Of a stretch of DNA of 64,000 nucleotides, positions 1 through 11,337 are shown in pieces. This DNA is from Guillardia theta CCMP2712 (taxonomy: Eukaryota > Protista > Cryptophyta). Numbering within the stretch: the stretch's first letter is position 1; every line of letters starts with the position of its first letter. The stretch is taken from NCBI RefSeq assembly GCF_000315625.1, contig NW_005434634.1, positions 334,531-398,530 on the forward strand, read 5' to 3'. The notes beneath the pieces were generated by a model that had not been told where the DNA came from, searched no databases, and worked only from the letters and a program-made list of their open reading frames with translations. The translations under genes and the position numbers were made by a program.

Positions 1-246
1 CCAATGCAGTGCAGATGCCGCAGATGCCAGTGTCCATGCTTAGTATGGTTGCCCCGTCCCTATGCTTGTCTCCATGCGACGGCGCTTGTACAGGAGAACA
101 TGGGAGGAAACGAAGAGAAGCAGAGGAGAGCAGAAGATATGAGGAGAAGGTTGAGCAGAGTAGAAGGAGAAGAGCAGTGCAGAGAAGGGCACATTTTTGT
201 AGCTGGCGTTTCGTGACTTCTGGGTACAGGTCCGAGGTTGTCGAAG

Positions 247-1717
247 ATGAAGTGGAAGAAACCGAAGAAAGAAGGGTCGGTGGGAGAGGATGGCGAAGCT
301 GCTAAGCCGAAGAAAAAGATGGCGAAGAGGCAAGAGCGTAAAGTCACTACAACGCCGCAGCAGGACTTGATCTCCTCTCAAGTGGTCGCCCTGCAGAGAC
401 TGACACAGGCTGGGCCGAAACGGATCGGCCCGTAAGTGTTGTGAACGATTGCTGCGGAGAGTGATGTCGGGAGCAGGTACTCGAGGAACCACAAGATCCT
501 TCTGGTCGGAGAAGGGGATTTCAGTTTTTCCTTGGCCCTGGCTTCAAACCTCGGCGGCGAAAACCTTGTTTGCACCTCCCTTGACAAGCTGACGCAGCTC
601 CAGGTGAACGAGTGTGTCTGAGAGTAGCGCTCACCTCGATGCTCTTGCAGGTCAAGTACGAGGGCAAAGTGAACGGGGCCCTTGGAACCCTACAGAGCTT
701 GCGGGCAGAGATTCATCACAACGTCGATGCCACTGTCAGCACTTGCTCTCACCTGACTACCCGCATTGACAAGAGGCTGCAGACGCTGAGTGATTATGAG
801 TTCACACACTTGCCCGACGGCTCCCTGCGCAAGTTTGATAGGATCGTCTTCAATGTGCGGATGTGCTCCTGTGTCGAGCTGCGGGTTGACAAGAGGTCTT
901 TCAGTTCCCGTGTGTCGGGTTGTTGGAGGAGCAGCAGAAGCAGGCAATGGAGGTTTGTTGCAGCCTGACACTCGACAGCGGGTTGACTTTCACGGCTCTC
1001 AGGAGAACATGCAGAAGAAACTGCAAAGAAGAGGAATTCGGAAAAAGGAAGAACCGGAGAAAAAGAAGGTTGACACAACGCTTCTTCTTGCCCCAGTCTT
1101 ACCATCCGCCCCCCAGCCAGATGGAAAGCACGATATCAAGAAAAGCCAAGAGATGGCGAAGGAGAAACGGGATATCAAGGACCGGAAGCTGCACTCAGAC
1201 AAGCAATTGATCGAGGTAACCACAACGATAGGAGGGGAAAGAAGGTCAGGAGATGATCTGCACCTCCAGGGCTTTCTCAAGAGCGCATGCGAATTGCTCG
1301 AGGACGAGAGCAGCGAGATCCATATGAGGATCCGCGACGCTACGGTGAGACGTGGAGCAGCAGATCGCAGTCATGGCGAGAGGACTGATATTGTACGTGT
1401 TCCCAGCTCAGTGTGGTGGACGTGGATGACCTCGTAGGCGAAGCTGCGGTCCACTGTGTAGACCAGCATGATTTCCATCCAGCGCAGTTTTCAGGGTAAG
1501 TGGTTTTGCTAGAGCAGCTAGAGGAGCGTCCTGCGGTGAACCATGATCAGGTACAAGCCCCAGCAGACTCATCCGAATGGGAAGGGACTGCAGCCGCTCA
1601 CTCCAGCAACGACTCTGATGTACCTGCCTTTCTTCCTTTTGAACTCTCTGACATGCAGACAAAAGATTCCGAAGAAAATCCTCCGAAGACGAGGATCACC
1701 ATGAAGGTCCTGCATGA
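247..1717 (+). CDS. DUF2431 / Bmt5-like rRNA (uridine-N3) methyltransferase-domain protein, multi-exon
   Basis: Spliced exons give KILLVGEGDFSFSLALA, VCTSLD, HNVDAT, KFDRIVFNFP and FLKSA, the DUF2431 signature. Lys-rich N-terminus, a ~100-aa insert inside the domain, and ~45-55 bp GT-AG introns. Confidence 0.85.
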
Positions 1718-2455
1718 CCAACCCCCCTGAGTGTGTCGCTGATCTCCTTGCCAGCAGAAAGCAATGAGGGCAAAGTGAGTAGCACAAAGAAGAAGAACAA
1801 GAAGAAGAACAAGAAGAGAAAGCGAATCGACGACGACGATTTCTTCGACGATGCTCCTGGTCTCTATTCACAACATTCATTCTTCGCTAAACCATCATGA
1901 CAGGTGTTCGACCACAGAGCGAGGCACATGCGCAGGCTCTCCGTGCATGTGCATTCCTCCTAGGACGATAAAACCATGCGCTCACTGTCGAATAAAATCA
2001 CCTTTCCCTTCTTATTGCCTAAAACGTCAAGTCGGGGACGAGGGGGTGGGTAGTGGTACAGAAAGAGTGGTAGGTGGGTTATGTAGGTAGAGACTGGGGG
2101 TTTATCTTAATGATAGGGTAGGTGGTGCTGATATAGATGGGGGGTGGGGTGAAAGAAGTTTGAGTTTGACTAGACACTACGAGCATGCCGAAACAAGAAA
2201 TGCAGGAGACCGGGAGGGAGAAGGAGAGGGAGAAGGAGAGGGAGAGAAGGAGAGGCAGAAGGAGGGAATCAAGAAGGAGAGGGAAAGAAAGAAGAAGAAA
2301 GAGATGCAGAGCGAGAGGAGAAGGAGGAAGAGTCAGGGAAGGAGAGGGAGAGGGGAAGGAGGAACGGGAGACGAGGGAGGTGTAAAACAAAGAAGAATAA
2401 AGTTTGACGTCGGGGCAACTTACCGCTACTACAGGTCATCACCTTGAGGCCGAAG

Positions 2456-4153
2456 ATGGAGGACAGCGCGTCACCAGCTCACCTGACGTTGCACTCACAA
2501 GATCATTCGAAAGATTCTCATTGCAACGAGATAACAGCCGGTTTGACGTTCGACCAGAATGATTCGCAAGACTCCAACCGCAGGCCGAATGAAAGTGATT
2601 TCCTCATGGCGATGGAGTCGATGGAAGGCAACGCACCACATGCTCCGTCAGAGCAGAAGTCTACCTTGAGCGCTGACTTGCGTGCAAACCACCATGTCGA
2701 ATCTGCCACGAAAGATCCCAATGCCACAGCGACAAAGCTTGTGAACCTTTCAAGGGCAAGTGGAATGTCAGTGTACTCACTAACACCATTGCGATCGGAC
2801 GATTTCTCCAACCTGGAGGAATCTTTGCAAGAGCAAGGGAGTTTTCCTGATAGCATCGACGAGTATTGCCCTTCACACGAGTTGGACTTCTCGGGGATCT
2901 CGCTGGGAGAGAAGAGAGGCGGAGAAGGGGAAGGAGGAGAATCGAACCACGTCGCAAACGAGATGGACCTGTCCAACATATCTTTGTCGGAATGCAAGAA
3001 GCTGCTGGTTCAGAGTGCGGAGCTACTGAGTTTGGAACGGAAGGAGAAGTGAGGAAAACGATGCTTTTGTCCTCAGTTGACACCCTTGGCAAACAGGGAG
3101 GAAGCGACGCTTGCGCTTGCTGAGCTCCGAGACGAGCTCATGTCGCGTCAGAAGCAGTAAGTTGACGGCAAGGGAGAGAAAGGGGAGAGGGAGGACGGCA
3201 GAGAGCGAGAACCGTTCAGCAAGAAGGGGGAGGGATACACGGTCCATCTCAAACTTCATAAACAGATTGCGGCTGGGGCAGCCTGGCGATGCGTCGCAGA
3301 TGCAGACAGGAGGGGGTGAAAGTCGAAGAGGAGCAGGGCCATTGTGAAATGGATTGACAGGGGAGGAGGAGACAGAGCAGGAGCGAGCGAGCGGAGCAGG
3401 GATAGAAGGAGGGGCGGAAGAGATCGAAAAAGACGTTTCAAAAATGGTGAGTTGGAATTGGCAACGGAGATGACTTGCTGATCACCCTGTAGGTCATGAA
3501 GGAGCTCAAAGTAATAGGAGGAGGAGGAGGAGGAGGAGGAGGAGGAGGAGGAACAAAGGTCCCTGATGAAGCATGATGGCAGGAGATGATTGGATTTGTC
3601 GAGATGGAGCTCGAGCTTTGTCAAGAGGTCCCTCGTACTCCACCATCGTCATCTCCTTCCCCGCTGCACTTCCTCTCTCTTTGTCTTCTCCTTCTCTCTC
3701 CTTTTCCTCGTCTTCCTCTCTTCTCCTCTACTCAAGCTTTCCATGATCGCTCTCACTGATTCTCCATTCTCAGAGCAAGAGGCCGGAAGTGGTTCCTCCC
3801 CTGTGGAAAGGGTAAGGAAGCGATCTGCTTCGACGTTTCTGAGCGGGGCGAGCAGGAGAGAAGGGGGAGAAGGAGAGGGAAACTTTCGGCTGCTACTTGA
3901 TCAGCTCTGGCGCATCCTCCGCCTGTGCGTGTCTGTGGTAAGTTCATCTTTCGCGGTCCGTTGATGAGCGAAGAGGAGGAGAAGGAGAAGGACAGGTTGT
4001 TGATTCTGCGGGTGTGCAGATTCCAAGCACTAGAGAATGTCCTATGATCATGGAGATCTTCAGGTATAGACCTCCTCCTCCTCGTCCTCCTCCTCCTTCT
4101 ACTCCTCCTCCTCCTCCTCCTCCTCCTCTTGCACTTGATCTTCGATACCCTCC

Positions 4154-4222
<69 letters not shown>

Positions 4223-6690
4223 TCCCCCCACCCCTACCCTTGCTCTTTCCACGAGTTGCTGAGGGTCCCACAGACATCAGGCCATGGCTTCGCCTGCTTT
4301 CCTCCCACCGCCTTCTCTGTGCTCTCAGTCGAAAGACGTAAGAGCTGGGGATGAGCTCGGCCTGCCTGACCTCGCGCAGGGAAACAGCGAAACTTCCTTC
4401 GAGGGGGAACTTGCGCCGCTAGAGAAAATCAGCCTGGTGGAAAAGAACGCTCTTGATCATCCTCCTCCTGGACCCCTTCTCCTTGCTAGTCCCCTGCCTC
4501 CTCCTCCTCCTTCTCTGCATCACCTCCCTACTTCTCCTCCTCGTCTCTCTCCTCTTTGGTCTTTCTGCCCCTCGCATTTTCTGTTTCTGCTGCAGGATTC
4601 TCTTCCCTGACTTCCTCCGTCGTCCCTCCACCTCTTCTTTCCTCCGTCATTTCTTGCCCAGGTCCAGCAGAGGATCATGAACTTGTCCCGGAGCCTCCAC
4701 AAGGACGGACAGTCAAGCCAGGATATTCCTCGTGATGGTGAGGAGGAGGAGAGGATGGAGGGAGTCGAGGGCAGCAGGAGAAGGAAAGGAACGAGAGGAG
4801 GCGGTCGTCGATATTGACGTGACCTCTGCTGTGCTTCAGGAGATGATGAGCTACTGGTGGAGGGCGAGTCGCCCGGCCTGCTGGACATGTCGAACGAGAC
4901 TGAGAGCAGGGAAAGGCGGAAGGGAAACTCCCGAGAGATGCAGGGCCGGGAGTTGGGAGGCCGGGAGGAAAGAGGCCAGTACGCAGGGGAGGACCAGATC
5001 CCAGCATGGAGAGAGGAGGAGGATATGCAATCAGAATCTCGCAAGTCCTCACGATCCGAATCGCATGTCCGCTTCTCGCCTCCTACCATCCTGACGCCCA
5101 AGAACCTTCCCGACAGATCGAGGATCAGGAGCGTTAGCTCCATCAGTATGGAAGACGTGTCGCTGGTTAGTGAGAGGAGGAGGAGGAGGAGGAGGAGAAA
5201 CAGGAGAAAACAGGAGGGGAGGAGTTGAGTATGGGGAAATGGAGAGAAGCGAGAGGAGAGCAAGGGTTCTTGCAGATGAAGCTGGAGAAGAAAGGAGGAG
5301 GACGAGAAGGAGGAGGACAGGAGGAGGAGGAGGAAAAGCAGGAGGGCGAGTAAGTTGGGGCCGCAGGCAGCGAGCGGGAAGATCACACTGGAGGATGCGA
5401 TCTCTTTAATCTCAAAGGGGATGAAGACGAAGCCAAAAGTGAAGTCTTGCCTATCAGAGGGGAACTCAATGCATACAAGAGGTGAAGTTCTTCTTCCCTT
5501 CCCTTCCCTTCCCTTCCCTTCCTCTTCCCCTCCCTTCCTCCTCTTCATCCTAGTGCTCCTGATTCCTGCTTTCCCCTTCTTCCACTCTCGCCCCACAACC
5601 CTCTGTCAGCCTCGATCCTTCCTATCCTTCCGTATCCTGTTTCATCGTGCTCCTCCTTATCGCCTCTCCTGCCCCGCAGACCTGTCCTCGTTCAAGCGAC
5701 CTCAACCCGTAGAAGACAAAGCTGTGAGCAGCGCAGGAAAGAAGAAGGAAGAACGAGACAGCAGGCACCTCACCAGCTCTGATCACAGCGCGCGATCACA
5801 CCAGTCCAAGGTCAACCTTGCTGCTATGCTTCCCCCTCCTCCGCTTCCTCCTGCTCTTCTCCTCCACTGCTCCCCCCTCCTTTGCTCCCCTTTCTTCTCT
5901 TTTCTCGAGCTCCTTTGCCCTCTCTCATCTTCTTCCTGTTCAGAAGAAGGCGGATCATGGAAAGAGAATCGCCGAGTCAATACTCCCAGCTTGCAAACTC
6001 CTGGCTGAGGTCAGCAAGTTCAGATCCTGCCCTGCCCTCGAGTTATACCATTGTTCTCCTCTCTCGCCTCTACTCCACCCCCTCCCCCTCCCCTTTCCTC
6101 TTCTGTTTCCCCCCATCTTCCCTTCTCCCCCCCCCCAATCCCTCCTCACCTCCTCCTCCTTCCACACCTCTTCCTCTCTCCTCTTCCCTCCTCTCCTCTC
6201 TCTCATGACGTTCCTGGCAGGCATCCTTGAAGGATGCCGAGGACGCGAGCCCCTCTGCGAGGAGGAGACGGACTACATCCCCCGTCACCTGCCAGAGGGG
6301 ACCTCTAGGACACACGCATTGCCGTAGCTGGAACAAGAAGATCAGGTCGAACTTTCCTCCTGCCCGTTCTTCCCTCGATGCCTCTCCCCTCTCCTTCCAC
6401 AGTTCCTTCCCTTCACCATCGCCCGTCCTGTTCGCCCTTCCCTCCCTCCTCATCGACCTTTCCTTTTCACCTCCCCGTGCAGCTCCTACTCCACGAAGCC
6501 CATCCTAGAGCTCCATCAGAGCATCTACAACCGCAAGGAGGAGGAGGAAGAAGAAAAGACGGTTCGACTTCCTCCTGTGAGAGCTACGAGTAGCATGACC
6601 AGCTGCTTCTTGCAGGTGGTCGAGACGTGGTGGGAAAGGATTGCTGAGGCACGAGATCGAAGGGCAAACATGATTTCGAGGAAGAAGTGA
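2456..6690 (+). CDS. Hypothetical multi-exon Ser/Glu-rich protein
   Basis: Long first exon MEDSASPAHL..., followed by small GT-AG-bounded exons separated by low-complexity introns; last exon VVETWWERIAEARDRRANMISRKK*. No domain recognised and the internal structure is uncertain. Confidence 0.5.
4156..4220. repeat. (CA)n microsatellite, intronic
   Basis: About 32 perfect CA units. Confidence 0.97.
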
Positions 6691-7036
6691 AAGTAAACCA
6701 ACGATTGAGCTGCCTCCTTCTTCTACGTCTCCGCTCCTTCTCCTCCTCCCAATCCTCTCCGACCCCCTCCTTCTCCACCACCACCTCCTCCTCCTCCTCC
6801 CCCTCCCCCTCCCCCTCCACATCTTCTCCAACTTCCTCCCTCATCTCCCTCGCGCGTTACATCGCTTGTTCATTTCCAAGTTTGACGTTCCAAGTTCGAC
6901 GAGACCGTTGACTCCAAGTTAAGTTCGAAGTTGACTGCGTCACGTCAATTCTGACGGCCTGACTATTTTCTATAACGGTTGAAACGACTGCAAGTAGAGA
7001 GTCGCATGTCATGGGATCGAATGGCACGGAGGTCAG

Positions 7037-7091
7037 GAGGAGAGGAGAGGAGAGGAGAGGAGAGGAGAGGAGAGGAGAGGAGAGGAGAGGA
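7037..7091. repeat. (GGAGA)n pentanucleotide tract
   Basis: Seen directly; probably lies in a first intron 7032-7263. Confidence 0.9.
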
Positions 7092-7329
7092 AGAGAGTAT
7101 AGGAGAGTATAGGAAGGGGGAGATAGCTGTTGAGCAGGTTAGAATAGGGGCCAAGTGACGGGAAGGCACGAACGGGATCGAGAAACTTGAAAGTTGGGGA
7201 TTTTACCAGTGATACGAGGAGGGATTCATTAGGATAAACCTTGAGTCTTTGCTCTCGTCTAAGATTTTCACTGCTGCTCGCCATCCTGATCTCCTCCTGG
7301 CCTTCTTCGTTGTGCTCCTAATTGTCGCC

Positions 7330-9629
7330 ATGGCCGACGATGCGGGATCGGATGAGATCACGCACATCTTATCTGCAGCGGATCTTCATCATGAGGAGCA
7401 AGAGGAACAAACGACGGCAAGGAGAGAATTATGCAACACATGCAGGCGGCCTGTGAAAGTGTGTCTCTGCGATGTCCTTCCCAGCCCCAAGTTGTCCTGC
7501 ATGGCGGACGTGATAGTGTTCCAGAACCCCGAGGAGGCGAAGTCAGCCAAGAGCACGATTCCTCTGCTGGAACTTTGTGTTGAAGGCATGAAAGTTGTCT
7601 GCGGGAGGAAATTCAATCATCATGACTTTCCGGAAAGGATTCTTCAAGCCTCCAGCATCTACGAAGACATACAGAAGGGCACTCCCGTTGCTCCCCAGTC
7701 CCTATGGCACAGAACGCTTCTGCTATGGCCGACTGCGGAGTCAGAAGACTTGGAAGAAGTTGTCGAGGAGCTTCGAACGCCAAGTTCAGGTGTGACGCCG
7801 CATGATTCGACTCAAGAGAGGGTCTTGTTGGTTCTTCTGGATGGTACCTGGCCGGCCTGCGGGCAGATGCTACGGAGATCTGTGAGCTGATTGGATTTAT
7901 CTGTTGGTTTTACACTCGTTGATTGTCGCTTGCTGTCAACAGAAAGTCCTGCGCCAACTGCGTCATGTCAAGATCAATCCGACAGACGAGAGCATCTATG
8001 CCATCCGTATCGAACCACACGAGGAGTGCAGGTGAAGTGATAAGGGATCGGAGGTTCTGTTGTGACATCAGGTCAGGTCTTCGCTTGAGGCTGCAGCAGA
8101 GGCCTTGAGGATTCTGGAAGGAGGAGAACGTGGACAGAGGCTCAAGGAAAACCTCCTCTTGCCTCTGCGGAGGATGGTAGAACTGCAATGCTCCTTCATC
8201 TCGAATCCGAAACACAAACCAGGGACTAAGAACTACAAGTACTCTGACTCCGTTCTCTTGTACTCCAGCCTCAATCATGTTGGCAGGCCGAATAGATACC
8301 CTCCTCATCTCTGCACAGAGCAGCACGTGGGACGACAGGTGGAGGCAGCCAGACGGCGGGACATGAGGTCCAGGCAGCAGGTCGACCACGAACATCCGAG
8401 GTCAGAGAAGACGATCCAAGACGACGTTAGCGAGGTCGTGCAGTCCTTTCACAATGTGCGCAAGAACAAAGTGGCTCTGATGTGAGACAAGCTGAGATAC
8501 TTGCGATCATGCTGAACTGACTGCAAACAGTCAACACCTGGTGCAGCAAGCTCAGACCATCGAGAGGAGTTGGGAGAACTATGAGGTATTCGTTTATCCT
8601 CCCCGCTTCCTTCAACTTGACCGCTCGCCGCAAGATGCGTATCAGCCTGCTCGAGGCTTTCCGGGATTGCCTGCTGGATCTCCAGACGGAGGAGGACAAG
8701 GATCTGATGGAACTTGCAAGGCTCGGCCCCAAGATGAAGACTTTTGAGTTTCCTCTCTCGTAAGTAAAGGAGGAGGAGGAGGAGGAGGAGGGGGTGAAGG
8801 AGGAGAGGAGGAGGAGGAGGACAGGAGGCAGGGTGGGGCTAACGTCGTGCTTCAGGCACTTCCTTGCAATTTCTCTTCCTATCGAGCGGAAGTTCTCTCG
8901 AGGGTTGAGAGACCACGAGTTCCTCATAACGACCGACGACGCGCGGATGGAAGGGAGAATAACAAGGGACAACGTCTTTCCCCTCGTCGTCATCCTGGAC
9001 AATCTCCGCAGCGCCTTCAACGTCGGTAGCATCTTTCGCACTTCAGAGTGCCTTGGCATCGAATCGATTGTGATATGCTCTCGTACGCTGTCTTTTCTTC
9101 TCATCATCTGTCAGATCCTCTGCGGATACACGTCCACTCCCGAAGACTCTCAAACCTCCAAGGCTGCGATGGGCATGGATAAGGTTCTTTCTTCTTCATA
9201 ATGAAAGCAACTAAGTTCTTTCTCGGCTTACAGATTATGCCGTGGAAGTGGATGAAAACAGTCGAGGAAGCGATTGCAGAGATGAAGGCGAGAAATTACA
9301 CAGTCGTAGCTCTTGAGACTGTTGTTGGCTGTCCAGATATTTCCTCTTTCTCCTTCCCTCGCACTGGCTGCGCTCTTGGTAGGCACACAAGGATGTGGTG
9401 GACATTAAGACGTGATTGTTTCTCTTCCAGTGTTGGGGAATGAGAGATACGGGATCGACTCATCCCACGTCTCACTCTGCGATGCAGTGGTGAAGATTCC
9501 CTGCAGGTCTTTCCCCCACTACATTGCCGGCTCCTGACACTGCGCAGGGGAATCAAGAACTCCCTCAATGTTGCGTCGGCTTACGGCATCTGTGCATACG
9601 AGATTACAAGGCAGTGGAGTACCTCGTAA
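7330..9629 (+). CDS. DTW-domain (tRNA acp3U transferase, DTWD2/TapT-like) + SpoU/TrmH SPOUT methyltransferase fusion; possible upstream exon from ATG 7011
   Basis: N-half: CxxC...CLC, QNPEE, LLVLLDGTWP and SSLEAAAEAL. C-half: VILDNLRSAFNVGSIFRT, LVLGNERYGI and IPCRGIKNSLNVASAYGI. In-phase introns 8482-8530, 8586-8634 and 8760-8855 join the halves. Confidence 0.8.
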
Positions 9630-9708
9630 AGAGCAAGGCTTACATATTCATTGATCGCACCATTAAGTAGGAATACACACAGTTGAATTTGTTTTTTACA
9701 ATAAACAA

Positions 9709-10656
9709 TCATAATACAGTATATCTGCTTTTTGAGCACGTCCTCTCAACATATTCTTCAATGCTGGAGTTCATTTCATCCCAGATTCGCTCATGAATGT
9801 TTTTCAGCATCGATATGTTGTGCCTGACTACATTTCTGTGACTTTCAAGAATGATTGTCTGTTTGAGTTTTTGCTGAGACTTCTGGCGATGTTTGAAAAT
9901 TTGTTCAGCAGTCTCGTGGATTGCATCTTGCAGCGAGATCCTCATTTTGCTACAGACACGATCTTCAGCTGTGTGAAGGTAAGCCTGAAGGGCATCGCTC
10001 GTGACGTTCTCAATCATATCTCGCTTCATCGGAGTCTTTGTGCGAGCAGACGCTAATTGATCATCCTCTTTGTTTGCGTCCTTCTCAGGCTCTGACCTGA
10101 GGGCGTCAGCTGCTTGCTTATCAGGATCCTCAATCTCGTTCTGCTCAGTTCTCTGTAGCTCGTCGTCGACCTGCAGAGCACCTGCCTTGCCCGCATGCTT
10201 TGCTGGCAACACGTAACTAGCATGACCGGTCGGCTGCCAGCTCAACATGATTTCACTCGCTTCTCGGAATGGTTGACCGCTATCCAGGTGACTTGAGACC
10301 ATGCTGTCGTGAGAGCCTGGCTTTGCGATCGTATGCAATTTCTTTTCCTGCGGAGAGTGGGAGGTCAGCAAGGTCCTCATGGAGCCAATCAAGATGCGTA
10401 CATGTGAACTCCTTAGCCATTGCTTGTTATCCTTCAAACCTATCCTGAGATGGAACCTTCCGAAAGGCGTGATGACGGGATCTCTATCCCTCAGAACCTA
10501 AGTGTAGACACGAATGCCATCAGCGAACCCAGACAAAGAACGGAGCAGCGCTTGCGATATAGTCTTCCTCACCATCTCTTCTCTTACTCTGGTCAGTTCT
10601 GGACTCTCCGTCATCCTCGTCCTCCTCCCCTCGTCTTCATCCTTGGCGTACAGCAT
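9709..10656 (-). CDS. Hypothetical protein with helical/coiled-coil C-terminus
   Basis: 242-aa ORF 9709-10437 plus upstream exons starting MLYAKDEDEG; no recognisable domain. Confidence 0.5.
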
Positions 10657-11337
10657 GTCGATACGATCGCCTGTCGACCGCAGGCTCATCGCGATGGTTC
10701 GACCCTCGTCAAGTCTCCTTCACCCCCTTTCAGTGGCAGTTTCAATAGAGAGGACCCCCGCCAATCAAAGCATTGTCACATGACTACCCCTACTTTGATC
10801 TGTTTATCAGTCTAAAAGGGGTGGGTACAAGAAATTTGTTTATGAGCAACGGTGGGGTGGTGCTGGTACACCTGTCCCTCTGTGGAATACAGATTACCCG
10901 AGGATCTTATTTTGTACCCGTCCATTGCATTTGATATTTGAGCTGAATATAGGGGTAGGGTGTATACCCCCACCCCTAGATCTCTTCACACCCTGCGATC
11001 ACCGCGGCGCTCCTCGTGCGATGGCGGCGAGGGAGGTGTTGAAGTGGAGAAATGGATGGAAGAGAGGAGAGAAACGAAGGATAAATGATGTGTGTTCGAT
11101 GTAGCGGTAGTTGATATCCCTCTTTCTCACAGAGGCAAGATAGAAATCCTGAAGATGGGCCCGAGTGAGGCATGCATCGAGGGAACGTCGTTACTAGCAA
11201 TAGAGCATGATTGCGTTGTTCTTCGTTTCCTCTTTTCGGACAAGTTCACCTGATGATTATTTTTTTATTGTTTCCTTCATATTGACGAACTGTTGACAGC
11301 AAGCTTGAGTCGATTTCTGCTGTATTGAAGTCAAAAC

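Noticed and set aside
3256-6911. Many long overlapping ORFs rich in poly-S/L/P/E/R/G (also 32807-33445, 37600-38995, 43950-44318 and 54441-55532)
   Set aside because: They arise from stop-poor (GGA)n/(CCT)n/(CA)n low-complexity introns and have no domain content.
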